Below, one piece after another: positions 39,121 through 47,162 of a stretch of DNA of 64,000 nucleotides. Source of the stretch: an uncultured archaeon (GTDB lineage Archaea; Nanobdellota; Nanobdellia; Pacearchaeales; GW2011-AR1); the NCBI GenBank assembly GCA_902385655.1, contig CABMGO010000005.1:248693-312692 (forward strand), read 5' to 3'. Numbering within the stretch: the stretch's first letter is position 1; each line of letters starts with the position of its first letter. Under the pieces are notes generated by a model. The model saw only the letters and a program-made list of their open reading frames with translations. It ran no database searches and was not told where the DNA came from. The translations under genes were made by a program, and so were the position numbers.

Positions 39121-39915
39121 TTACTTATCTGATAAAAAACTCTTTAAAGATTCAGAAAGAGAAAAAGCGGTGAAAAAAGCTACACCTAAAACAATCAAAA
39201 CTTGTTGAAAAATTGGGTTTTGAGGACCCGTAACATAGTAATATCCCCCAATAAGAAGTAAAAAAGATAAGCTTATAAAAAAAGAATAATGAGTTTTCCA
39301 AATAGTGCCTACTAAAATTTTACTTATTTTTGGTCGAACGATTAAACGCATAAAATTATCAATTAATAGAAAAAGAGAAATCATAGAAATAATGGAAATC
39401 TGAATTATAAAAACATAATCAAAGAGACTTAAATTAGTAAAATTAAATAACATTATAGATTTAATAGCTAGAATTACAACTATTGAAGCCACCCCCAAGA
39501 TTAGTAAATTAGCAACACGATACAAGATTTCAATAAACAATTTTGGAAAGTTATTCCCCATTTTTCTATAAAAATAAAAGTAACCTAAAAACATTAAAAA
39601 AACTACTGAATAGAATACGAATAAAAACAAAGTTGGATTTTTAGGTAAATAGCTAATAAATATAGCCATAATTCCTGAAACGATTCCAAAAAATGAAGAA
39701 AAGCTACGGTCCTTTGTAAATATTAAATCAACTAACCCTACAACAATCAAAAAAGACCCCCCAAGAATCAATTTAAGATTAGCATTTTGACTCTTTAGGA
39801 AGTAGGTTAACAAAACCAAAGCCAATAGCGAAATGATTATTTGATAACCTATTTTTATTCTCTTTTTAGTAGCTTCTTCCATAGAAAAAATACTGTATCT
39901 AAAGTTTATATACAT
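39121..39915 (-). CDS. Multi-TM membrane protein, unknown
   Basis: 264-aa ORF, ~7 hydrophobic segments. Confidence 0.5.
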   Translation of the reverse strand: MYINFRYSIFSMEEATKKRIKIGYQIIISLLALVLLTYFLKSQNANLKLILGGSFLIVVGLVDLIFTKDRSFSSFFGIVSGIMAIFISYLPKNPTLFLFVFYSVVFLMFLGYFYFYRKMGNNFPKLFIEILYRVANLLILGVASIVVILAIKSIMLFNFTNLSLFDYVFIIQISIISMISLFLLIDNFMRLIVRPKISKILVGTIWKTHYSFFISLSFLLLIGGYYYVTGPQNPIFQQVLIVLGVAFFTAFSLSESLKSFLSDK

Positions 39916-40025
39916 TAGTACCCACCTCGAGAAGAACTCATCTCGATTCTCTGCAGGCTTTTAAAACTATTTGAGCAAAGCGAAAATAGTTAAAAATTTC
40001 TAGGGAGCCTAATGCTTGTGTTTTC

Positions 40026-40119
40026 GGGGGACAAAAAATTCGCTTCGAAAAACAAAAATTAAATTAAAGTATATTTATTTGAGGTGCAAATTTTTTGGGA
40101 GACTCCCTCTGCAGGCTTC
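40026..40119 (+). repeat. Family-1 hairpin repeat (copy G) plus duplicated tRNA-Thr 3' end
   Basis: gggggacaaaaaattcgcttcg...gaggtgcaaattttttggga + gactccctctgcaggcttc. Confidence 0.7.
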
Positions 40120-40181
40120 AGAAACTTTCGTATAAAGCCCATAAAAGACATATTTATAATCAAGCTCCTACTATAAAGTAT

Positions 40182-40385
40182 ATGAAAACATGGCGTTCAT
40201 CTTGGGGATATAAATTCGGAGTAGGTTTTTGGACAGGCGCAGGAGTCTATAGTTTAGTTAATTTATTCTTAAATTATAGACAAATTGTTCAAAACAAAAT
40301 TTTAAATTATGATTTTATAATATTCTTAGTAGCACTTTTTGGACTAGTATTGAATTTAATTTTATTAACTAGAAATAAGAACTAA
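40182..40385 (+). CDS. Small two-TM protein
   Basis: MKTWRSSWGYKFGVGFWTGAGVYSLVNLFLNYRQ...; start trimmed from tracked ORF. Confidence 0.5.
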   Translation: MKTWRSSWGYKFGVGFWTGAGVYSLVNLFLNYRQIVQNKILNYDFIIFLVALFGLVLNLILLTRNKN

Positions 40386-40417
40386 ATCACACCACGCTAT
40401 ATGGATCTTCGTCTGGA

Positions 40418-40564
40418 TTAACAATAGAATAGCTTTCCTCGCAATTCCCAAACAACACATGCACGGGAACCATCAGGACTAATTATTTGCCTATCTTCAA
40501 TAAGAATTTCTTCAGAGTCTCCGAGATCAATTTCACTATCAAACAAATCTCCAATTTTTCTCAT
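40418..40564 (-). CDS. Small hypothetical protein (48 aa)
   Basis: MRKIGDLFDSEIDLGDSEEILIEDRQIISPDGSRACVVWELRGKLFYC. Confidence 0.35.
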   Translation of the reverse strand: MRKIGDLFDSEIDLGDSEEILIEDRQIISPDGSRACVVWELRGKLFYC

Positions 40565-40611
40565 TAAAAAATAAGTAGAAATTATTTTATAAATTTATAG
40601 ATAAAATAACG

Positions 40612-41442
40612 TTATAATTCATCGCTAGTACTTCTTTCATATTCTGCTTCACCAGATTCTTCACGTGCTCTTGCCCTTGCCATAGATTGAGTAGAGGATG
40701 CTTCCTTGCTCACAGTTTCAACAACTTTCTCAAGTCTTTGTGTAGCTTTTTCCTGCCTTTTGTTTCTTTCTTCTTGCTCTTTCTCTTTTTTATTCTTAAT
40801 TTGCTTTAGTTTGATAGCTCTAGAAATAATCTTAATTTGCTTGGAAAGTTTTCCTAAGAATATTAATCCAACAACAAGAACAGCTAAAGCTATAAGCTGA
40901 ACATACCACTCACTAAATAAACTAAATATTGAAACCACTTTATCTGAAATCCATTTAGAAATAGTTTGAAAAACTCCAAGAAGAGTAAGAGCTAAGTAAA
41001 AGAAAAATAAAAGAATAACTATTATAGTGTCATTAAACACAGTAAAATCTTTCAAAATTTCAAATAACGTTGAATAATATTTAATCAACGTAAACCATAC
41101 AACAAATAAAAGTAAAAAATACCATGATAAAGTCGGAGCCATACCTAAAATAAAACTAATAATAGGATCAGTATAGGGAGAAACAGCCCTATATCCTCGA
41201 ATAACATTTCCAATTATCGGTTTAGATTCAAGAATTTGCCCCCATGCTTGTTTTAAGTAAGCCTTACTTAACTCATCTCTAGCAACAACAGGATTAGAAA
41301 TAATTTTACCCGCAGTATCTACCGTTCCTTCGACTTGTTTAACAGTCGAGTCAAGTTGGTTGGTCAAATCTGCTGCATGAGCTAGAATAACAAAAAAACT
41401 AAAACCAATCAAAAATATCAAAATTAAATTTAATCTCTTCAT
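40612..41442 (-). CDS. Multi-TM protein with signal peptide and charged coiled-coil C-terminus
   Basis: 277-aa class ORF; TM block then KQIKNKKEKEQEERNKRQEKATQRLEKVVETV. Confidence 0.55.
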   Translation of the reverse strand: MKRLNLILIFLIGFSFFVILAHAADLTNQLDSTVKQVEGTVDTAGKIISNPVVARDELSKAYLKQAWGQILESKPIIGNVIRGYRAVSPYTDPIISFILGMAPTLSWYFLLLFVVWFTLIKYYSTLFEILKDFTVFNDTIIVILLFFFYLALTLLGVFQTISKWISDKVVSIFSLFSEWYVQLIALAVLVVGLIFLGKLSKQIKIISRAIKLKQIKNKKEKEQEERNKRQEKATQRLEKVVETVSKEASSTQSMARARAREESGEAEYERSTSDEL

Positions 41443-41482
41443 GAAAAAATAATGTAAAGCCAGTTTATAAAATTAAAGGAGA

Positions 41483-42316
41483 TTAAGAATATTTATGCAA
41501 ACTCTTTATTCTAGCTTCATAATCTTTCATTCTCTCATTAAAATAAGCCTGGTTAATGATTCCATTAGCTAAGTCAGTCCTAAGTTGATGCATTCTTCTT
41601 CTGAACTCGACTTCCGCGTCCTCAATAGTATTTTTACCCATAGCTTTAATTCTTTCAGCTTTCAAATATCTATGAATTGTCCCATCTGCCCATAAGAAAA
41701 GTACTGAAACAACTGCCGTCCATGCATAAACCTTTGAGTAGAATGGATTATCTGCACTGACCCATAAACCGATATAAACACAAGTAAACAAAACCCAACC
41801 GATTTTTCTAACTGTAGCTGAATTCGGAGCAACACCATTCAAAAAGAAAAAGAAGATAACAAATGGCAAAAGTGAAATCAAAGCAACCCCTAAAACTGAA
41901 TAAGTAAGAATCATAGTCATAAGCCATTCATAGTTAATGTATCGAACCGATAAAATAGAGACAACTAGAGAAACTACTACTAGAATATTTTTTTGTCCAG
42001 TGAACAAAGGCATATTTTTTAAGACAATAAACACAAATCCTAAAATAAGTAAGAAAAATAAAAACTTTTCAAAAAGAAGTTGAGAGTCATAATAATTTCC
42101 CCCAAGAAGAAATTGAAAAATCGGTTGAACGGTAGAAATACCTCTATCAAGCTGATAGCTGATATCTGAATAAACAAAGTTACCGGTCATTCCCTTAAAA
42201 AGAATATACAGAAGAAATAACAAAAACAAAATTCCAATTAATTTCCAAACAAAATTAATCCCAGAACTGTTCTTGCTCGCTAATTTCTTTTTCCTTACAA
42301 CTCTTTTACTAGACAT
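41483..42316 (-). CDS. Multi-TM protein with cytoplasmic C-terminal tail (same architecture)
   Basis: 277-aa ORF. Confidence 0.55.
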   Translation of the reverse strand: MSSKRVVRKKKLASKNSSGINFVWKLIGILFLLFLLYILFKGMTGNFVYSDISYQLDRGISTVQPIFQFLLGGNYYDSQLLFEKFLFFLLILGFVFIVLKNMPLFTGQKNILVVVSLVVSILSVRYINYEWLMTMILTYSVLGVALISLLPFVIFFFFLNGVAPNSATVRKIGWVLFTCVYIGLWVSADNPFYSKVYAWTAVVSVLFLWADGTIHRYLKAERIKAMGKNTIEDAEVEFRRRMHQLRTDLANGIINQAYFNERMKDYEARIKSLHKYS

Positions 42317-42360
42317 GTTAAATAAAGATAAAAATAGTTTATAAACATTTAGCTAAAAAA

Positions 42361-43194
42361 CTAAATTACTGATAAATCTCCGTACTGCTTTTCAAGTGCA
42401 GTGAGTTTCTTCTTAGCTTTATCAATATCTGCTTGAGGAGCATTAGGGTCAGCAATTACATTGTTGTAATCTTCAATCTCCTTTCTAAGCTTGTATCTTT
42501 GCTTGACATTCAAATTACCGATCATGTCTGCCATTTGCACCGCTGCCTTTTCCTTATAAAACCAACTTCTAATTGTTCCGTCGAAGAAAAGCATAATTCC
42601 ACTTAAAACTAAGAAAGTAAAATAAACTGCGATGAAACCACCGGTAGACCCCTTAATAATTAAGTAAGTAAGGAAAATCATATAGAATATCCAAAATGCT
42701 TTAGCAATAAAGCTGTACTTTGCCTTCATACTTATGAAAAATAAAGCCAAGAAAGGAATTCCAAACAAAACAGTCGCAACTAATGCGCTAGAGGGAGCAG
42801 TCAATGAACCCCAAACATCCGAAGGCATATACCTGACACCGATTATAGAAACAATCAAACCAATAGCTAAATTCAACCATCGATTACCGCTAGTACCTGA
42901 AAAAATTTCAATAGAATCCATAGTTCCAGTCACAATTATAGTTAAAAGTATAAATGTCAAAATCATTAAGAAATTATCCGCGCCTTCTGATTTCAAATTA
43001 AGAAGAGTACTAAACAAAGGTCCTAAAACAGCTGTGTTAAAACTACCGATTCTATCTGTAGCAGTACCCCAGTCCCAGTTATTTTGATAAGCAACAACGA
43101 AAAAAGAGACAACATAAATCAATGCGATCACACCAACAACAATCCCAGCAACGGCTGTCTGTCCTCTTTTTCTATGCAAAACACCTTTATTCAT
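42361..43194 (-). CDS. Multi-TM protein with cytoplasmic C-terminal tail (same architecture)
   Basis: 277-aa ORF. Confidence 0.55.
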   Translation of the reverse strand: MNKGVLHRKRGQTAVAGIVVGVIALIYVVSFFVVAYQNNWDWGTATDRIGSFNTAVLGPLFSTLLNLKSEGADNFLMILTFILLTIIVTGTMDSIEIFSGTSGNRWLNLAIGLIVSIIGVRYMPSDVWGSLTAPSSALVATVLFGIPFLALFFISMKAKYSFIAKAFWIFYMIFLTYLIIKGSTGGFIAVYFTFLVLSGIMLFFDGTIRSWFYKEKAAVQMADMIGNLNVKQRYKLRKEIEDYNNVIADPNAPQADIDKAKKKLTALEKQYGDLSVI

Positions 43195-43244
43195 TCTTCA
43201 TTCAAAAAAAGAAAGTTTATAAATATTTCCGTATAAAATTGCAT

Positions 43245-43847
43245 ATGAAGAACAAAAGCTCAATTCTGGTTTTATTAGTTCTCTTAGGATTTCTATTCCA
43301 GATATCTAACTGCTCCGCAGAGAACATTACACAAAACTTCACAAACCCAAATCCGATTATGACTTTTCTAGAACAAACAACGGATAGCCCCTTGCTCAAA
43401 ATAATAGGAATAAATGAAACAGCCAGCTTCAAGGAAATAGCGTTAACTATAATATTAGTCTTAATTTCAATAGCAATCCTCTATGGTTTCGCAGACTTCA
43501 CAGAAATGATTCCCGGAAAGCTCGTTAGCTTACTAATCGCAGTAATAATCGTGTTAGCAGGAAGCTATAAGGGATTCACGTTTAACATAGCAAAACAAAT
43601 AATAGAAGCGCCAAATAATTTGTGGGAGCTGGTAAAAAACCCAATATTCTGGATAGTTGCAGGAATAATTATACTAATACTAGTTTTCTCCCCATGGATA
43701 AAAAAGATCATAAAAAAAGAGAAAGAATCTGCTCAGGATGAAAAGATAGAAAAGAAAAGAAGAAAGGCTGAACTTCTGGAAAATATAAAAGATTACGAAA
43801 CAAATGTTGAATTGAAAAGATATGGCGCAAATCCGGACGACGTTTAA
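43245..43847 (+). CDS. Multi-TM protein with signal peptide and charged tail (same architecture, divergent strand)
   Basis: Start trimmed to MKNKSSILVLLVLLGFLFQISNCSAEN. Confidence 0.55.
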   Translation: MKNKSSILVLLVLLGFLFQISNCSAENITQNFTNPNPIMTFLEQTTDSPLLKIIGINETASFKEIALTIILVLISIAILYGFADFTEMIPGKLVSLLIAVIIVLAGSYKGFTFNIAKQIIEAPNNLWELVKNPIFWIVAGIIILILVFSPWIKKIIKKEKESAQDEKIEKKRRKAELLENIKDYETNVELKRYGANPDDV

Positions 43848-43892
43848 ACATCGATACAAAACAAAGAGATAATCTTGGATAGGAATCATGAA

Positions 43893-43989
43893 GAAAATTC
43901 TCGCATTAATTAAAGTGGATAACTATCGAAATTAGGGGCGGGTTTTTCTGTATAGCAGAAAATTTGGGAGAGATTATGTGAGAATTTTC
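43893..43989 (+). repeat. 96-nt structured element, copy 2
   Basis: GAAAATTCTCGCAT...GGATAACTATCGAAATTAGGGGCGGG...GGGAGAGATTATGTGAGAATTTTC. Confidence 0.8.
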
Positions 43990-44065
43990 GAACAAGTCGG
44001 AAAATTTTTCGACCAAAACCTTTTGCAACTAACAAAACTTGATTAACTAAACTAGAACTCAAAAA

Positions 44066-44317
44066 TTACTTAACTTTTCTGTAACCAACAATATTCTTGC
44101 CCTCATATATCGGAACTTCTTTTCCTACTGAAGAATTGCCCTTAAGAATAACCAGTAAAATAATCCCAATAACAACTAAACCAATTCCTAAATAATTACT
44201 GTAAGCAGATAAGCTTGTAGGCAAAAGTTTCAACTTAGATAAAACTGACACAATTAGTCCAGCCGCAACAAGAATAAATCCAATCACCTTCACCATAAAA
44301 ATGTAATACGACCTCAC
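44066..44317 (-). CDS. Small two-TM protein
   Basis: 83-aa ORF. Confidence 0.5.
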   Translation of the reverse strand: MRSYYIFMVKVIGFILVAAGLIVSVLSKLKLLPTSLSAYSNYLGIGLVVIGIILLVILKGNSSVGKEVPIYEGKNIVGYRKVK

Positions 44318-44326
44318 TATATAAAT

Positions 44327-44887
44327 CTAATCCTCAATTACTTCAACCTTTTTATCCTGAGCTAAAATTTGTACAATATCTCTGTCTAAATTTGCAATCT
44401 CTCCTTTTTGGAATGGACCAATACTTTCCCCGTCTAGATCTAAAAATTGTTCAACCTTATCGGTAAATTTAACCAATTGATATTTACTTTCTTCAACAAC
44501 GCCTCCTTGCATTTCACCAGAAAGATTTCCATCCGCCTTTTCCAAACTCTTAACAATATCTTCAAATAATTCTTTTTCAAAGTCTAGAAGATTCTCAAAA
44601 TCCTTCTTTGAAATTCCAGTCTCGGAAGCAACAAACGCCAAATTCAAAATTTTCTTTCTTCTCCTTAATAACAATTCCTTAAATATAGCCATAGAGTTCT
44701 CAAGTTTCTTCTTATTTTTCAAAGCCATATCTGAGAAAAGCCCATTCGAGTCTCCCTTCTCAGAAAAATTCTTTTTATCCTCTAAATACTCACTAACCTC
44801 ATGAAGAAAACTTTTACTCAACAACTGTAAATCATCACTATACCTCTCCTTTCTCAAAGACTCATACAAATCATTATAGGTAATCAT
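44327..44887 (-). CDS. GINS complex subunit (archaeal Gins51/Sld5-like)
   Basis: YNDLYESLRKERYSDDLQLLSKSFLHEVSEYL ... ESIGPFQKGEIANLDRDIVQILAQDKKVEVI. Confidence 0.65.
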   Translation of the reverse strand: MITYNDLYESLRKERYSDDLQLLSKSFLHEVSEYLEDKKNFSEKGDSNGLFSDMALKNKKKLENSMAIFKELLLRRRKKILNLAFVASETGISKKDFENLLDFEKELFEDIVKSLEKADGNLSGEMQGGVVEESKYQLVKFTDKVEQFLDLDGESIGPFQKGEIANLDRDIVQILAQDKKVEVIED

Positions 44888-45058
44888 AACCCGAATAAAC
44901 CGTTTCTCTTTAAAAGCATTCTTATTTTTTAGAATAACTTTTGAAGAATAACAATTATATTTTTAAACAACCGAATATAGAGATATTTAACCGAAGGTTA
45001 AACTATGCCGAGTGCAACGGACTATCTCAAGGGAAATGGTGTCCCTAGAAACCGTTAG

Positions 45059-46324
45059 GTGTCTAAGACTATGTTTGAATTCCTTAAAGACAAGCTAAAA
45101 AATTGGAAAGACAAAATAAAAGAAGAATTTACAGAGCCAGAAATAAAAGTAAAAAAACTCTCTGAAATTAAAAAGAAAAAATCTTCTAAAGTTAAAACCA
45201 GTAAATCTTCTAAGAAAACTCCAAAAAAGGCTAAGAAAGAGGCCCAGCAAGGTCATCCCATAGGGAAAACAATAGAGATTGACAAAGAAATAATAGAGAA
45301 AGCAGAAATCCGACCAGAAGAAAATAAAAAAGGTTTTTTCTCAAAATTATTTTCACATAAAACTGAAGAACAAAAAACTTCTGAAAAAATACTAGAAGAC
45401 ATTAAACAAGAGGGAGAAGAAATAAAATCTCCTGAAGAACGAGTAGAAGAATTAGAGAAAGAAAATCAAGGATTTTTTGAAAGATTCAAGAAAAAAATAA
45501 CTGAAGAAAAGTTCGAAGAGCTCTTCCAAGAACTTGAAATGACCATGCTCCAGAATAATGTTGCTTACGGAGCAGTTCAGGAAATAAAGAAAAAATTATC
45601 TTCAGAATTAATTGGAAAAAATCTTTCCGAAGTTTCAATTGAAGAAAAACTAAAAGAAGCAATTTCGGGAATTTTAATGAATCCGCCAAATTTAATAAAA
45701 CAAATAAAAGAAAAATTAAAAGAAAAAAGCCCCTATGTAATTGTTTTTGTGGGAATAAATGGTTCGGGAAAAACCACTTCCATCGCAAAAGTCGCACATT
45801 TACTAAAAAAAGAAAAACTATCTGTATGCATTGGAGCAGCAGACACATTCAGAGCAGCAGCAATAGAGCAACTTGAAACTCATGCAAACAAAATTGGAGT
45901 TCCGATAATAAAAAAAGATTATGGATCTGATCCTGCAGCAGTAGGATTTGAAGCAATTGCATATGCAAAAAAGCACAAACTAGATGTTGTTTTAATTGAC
46001 ACTGCAGGAAGAATGAATACCAAAGAAAGTTTAATGAAAGAAATGGAAAAAATAATCCGAGTATGTAATCCTGATCTAAAAATATTTTTAGGAGAGAGCA
46101 TAACTGGAAATGATGCAACGGAACAAGCAAGTTCTTTCAACCAACATATTTCTATCGACGGAATAATACTAAGCAAGGCAGATGTAGATGAAAAAGGTGG
46201 AACCGCACTTTCAGTTTCATTCGTTACAAAAAAACCAATTTATTTCTTAGGCACTGGCCAGTCTTACGACGATCTCGAAGTTTTCGATAAGGATAAAGTA
46301 ATCAAAAGTTTGGGGCTAGAATAA
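45059..46324 (+). CDS. ftsY: Signal recognition particle receptor FtsY with double-hairpin coding element in N-terminal linker
   Basis: GINGSGKTTSIAKVAHLLKKEKLSVCIGAADTFRAAA, DTAGRMNT, DEKGGTALS. Confidence 0.95.
   Translation: MSKTMFEFLKDKLKNWKDKIKEEFTEPEIKVKKLSEIKKKKSSKVKTSKSSKKTPKKAKKEAQQGHPIGKTIEIDKEIIEKAEIRPEENKKGFFSKLFSHKTEEQKTSEKILEDIKQEGEEIKSPEERVEELEKENQGFFERFKKKITEEKFEELFQELEMTMLQNNVAYGAVQEIKKKLSSELIGKNLSEVSIEEKLKEAISGILMNPPNLIKQIKEKLKEKSPYVIVFVGINGSGKTTSIAKVAHLLKKEKLSVCIGAADTFRAAAIEQLETHANKIGVPIIKKDYGSDPAAVGFEAIAYAKKHKLDVVLIDTAGRMNTKESLMKEMEKIIRVCNPDLKIFLGESITGNDATEQASSFNQHISIDGIILSKADVDEKGGTALSVSFVTKKPIYFLGTGQSYDDLEVFDKDKVIKSLGLE
45239..45268 (+). repeat. Double-hairpin coding element, copy 6
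   Basis: gaggcccagcaaggtcatcccatagggaaa (EAQQGHPIGK). Confidence 0.8.
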
Positions 46325-46423
46325 TTTTCAAAAATAAATCAGAATAAAAGAGCACCCGGAGAAAAAATTTTGTATTAATTGAAATGTATGACTTAAGAAA
46401 ATAAAATTAATCACGAAGAAATT

Positions 46424-46527
46424 TTTCAGCTTTCCCAAAGAGCTGGGAAATTCAAATAAAAACAAGGGTGGGTTTGCGTTTGAAGAACGCATAAAGTGGG
46501 AAATTAGAAAGCCGAAAAATTTCGACC
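46424..46527 (+). repeat. Subtype-B relative of the 96-nt structured element
   Basis: GAAATTTTTCAGCTTTC / GAAAGCCGAAAAATTTC outer stem, AAGGGTGGG-GCGTTTGAAGAACGC-GTGGGAAATTAG. Confidence 0.6.
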
Positions 46528-46629
46528 TAGTCAAAACCGCACACGCTCGCGTGATAAAATTAGATAAAATTTAAATTTAACCTCGACAAAAAGCCTTATA
46601 AAACCAAGAAGCTAGATAATATAAAAGAA

Positions 46630-47109
46630 GTGAAGATGGGTAAGAATATATTTGTACCTGGAAAGATAACAACATATACTTTTTGTATAATTTTGCTAGC
46701 AGTTTTAATACAAGGAATGATCTTATCTCCCTTCAAATCTCTCGGAACTTTAACCTCGGGAGAAATGACTTTTAAATTAGGTTATCCGTATACTTTTTTT
46801 GAGCTTAACTCATTAAATCCGGACTCAAATCCCTTTGTTTGGCAAGCAGTATTAAAAGACATAGTAATTTACCTTCTTTTAGCGTATGTTATTGAGATTA
46901 TTTTAAAATTAATAATGCTTCCATTTTCAAAAAAGAAACCTGAAGAAACAGCAAATATCAGTAAAGAAAGTTTGGAAATAATGAAACAGGGAAAAATCGC
47001 ATATGATTACTACAGGTTACAAGGTATATCTGAACAAAACCTTATTGAAATGTTCAAAAACAAAGGTTGGACAGAAGAAGGTATAGCAAAACTAAAAGAA
47101 ATGAAATAA
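46630..47109 (+). CDS. Membrane protein with C-terminal SHOCT-like helical motif
   Basis: TM segments + QGKIAYDYYRLQGISEQNLIEMFKNKGWTEEGIAKLKEMK. Confidence 0.45.
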   Translation: MKMGKNIFVPGKITTYTFCIILLAVLIQGMILSPFKSLGTLTSGEMTFKLGYPYTFFELNSLNPDSNPFVWQAVLKDIVIYLLLAYVIEIILKLIMLPFSKKKPEETANISKESLEIMKQGKIAYDYYRLQGISEQNLIEMFKNKGWTEEGIAKLKEMK

Positions 47110-47162
47110 GCTATAATCTCTAGAACCCAAAACTTATTAACTCGTATTTTACTGCTAATTCT

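Larger units (their letters stand above)
33996..40119. mobile_element. Putative integrative element inserted at tRNA-Thr 3' end
   Basis: 19-bp direct repeat gactccctctgcaggcttc at 33996-34014 and 40101-40119, tyrosine recombinase between them, atypical cargo. Confidence 0.65.

Noticed and set aside
40612-43847. Type IV secretion or holin identity for the four membrane proteins
   Set aside because: Only generic TM topology supports it; no ATPase or relaxase partner nearby.
5554-45268. Claiming the double-hairpin elements are translational bypass sites
   Set aside because: The structure is suggestive but all copies are open in frame and multiples of three, so simple translation is equally consistent; kept as a test, not a claim.
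45486-46176. Leu/Phe-rich minus-strand ORFs
   Set aside because: Antisense to ftsY; composition typical of mirror ORFs of Lys/Glu-rich genes.
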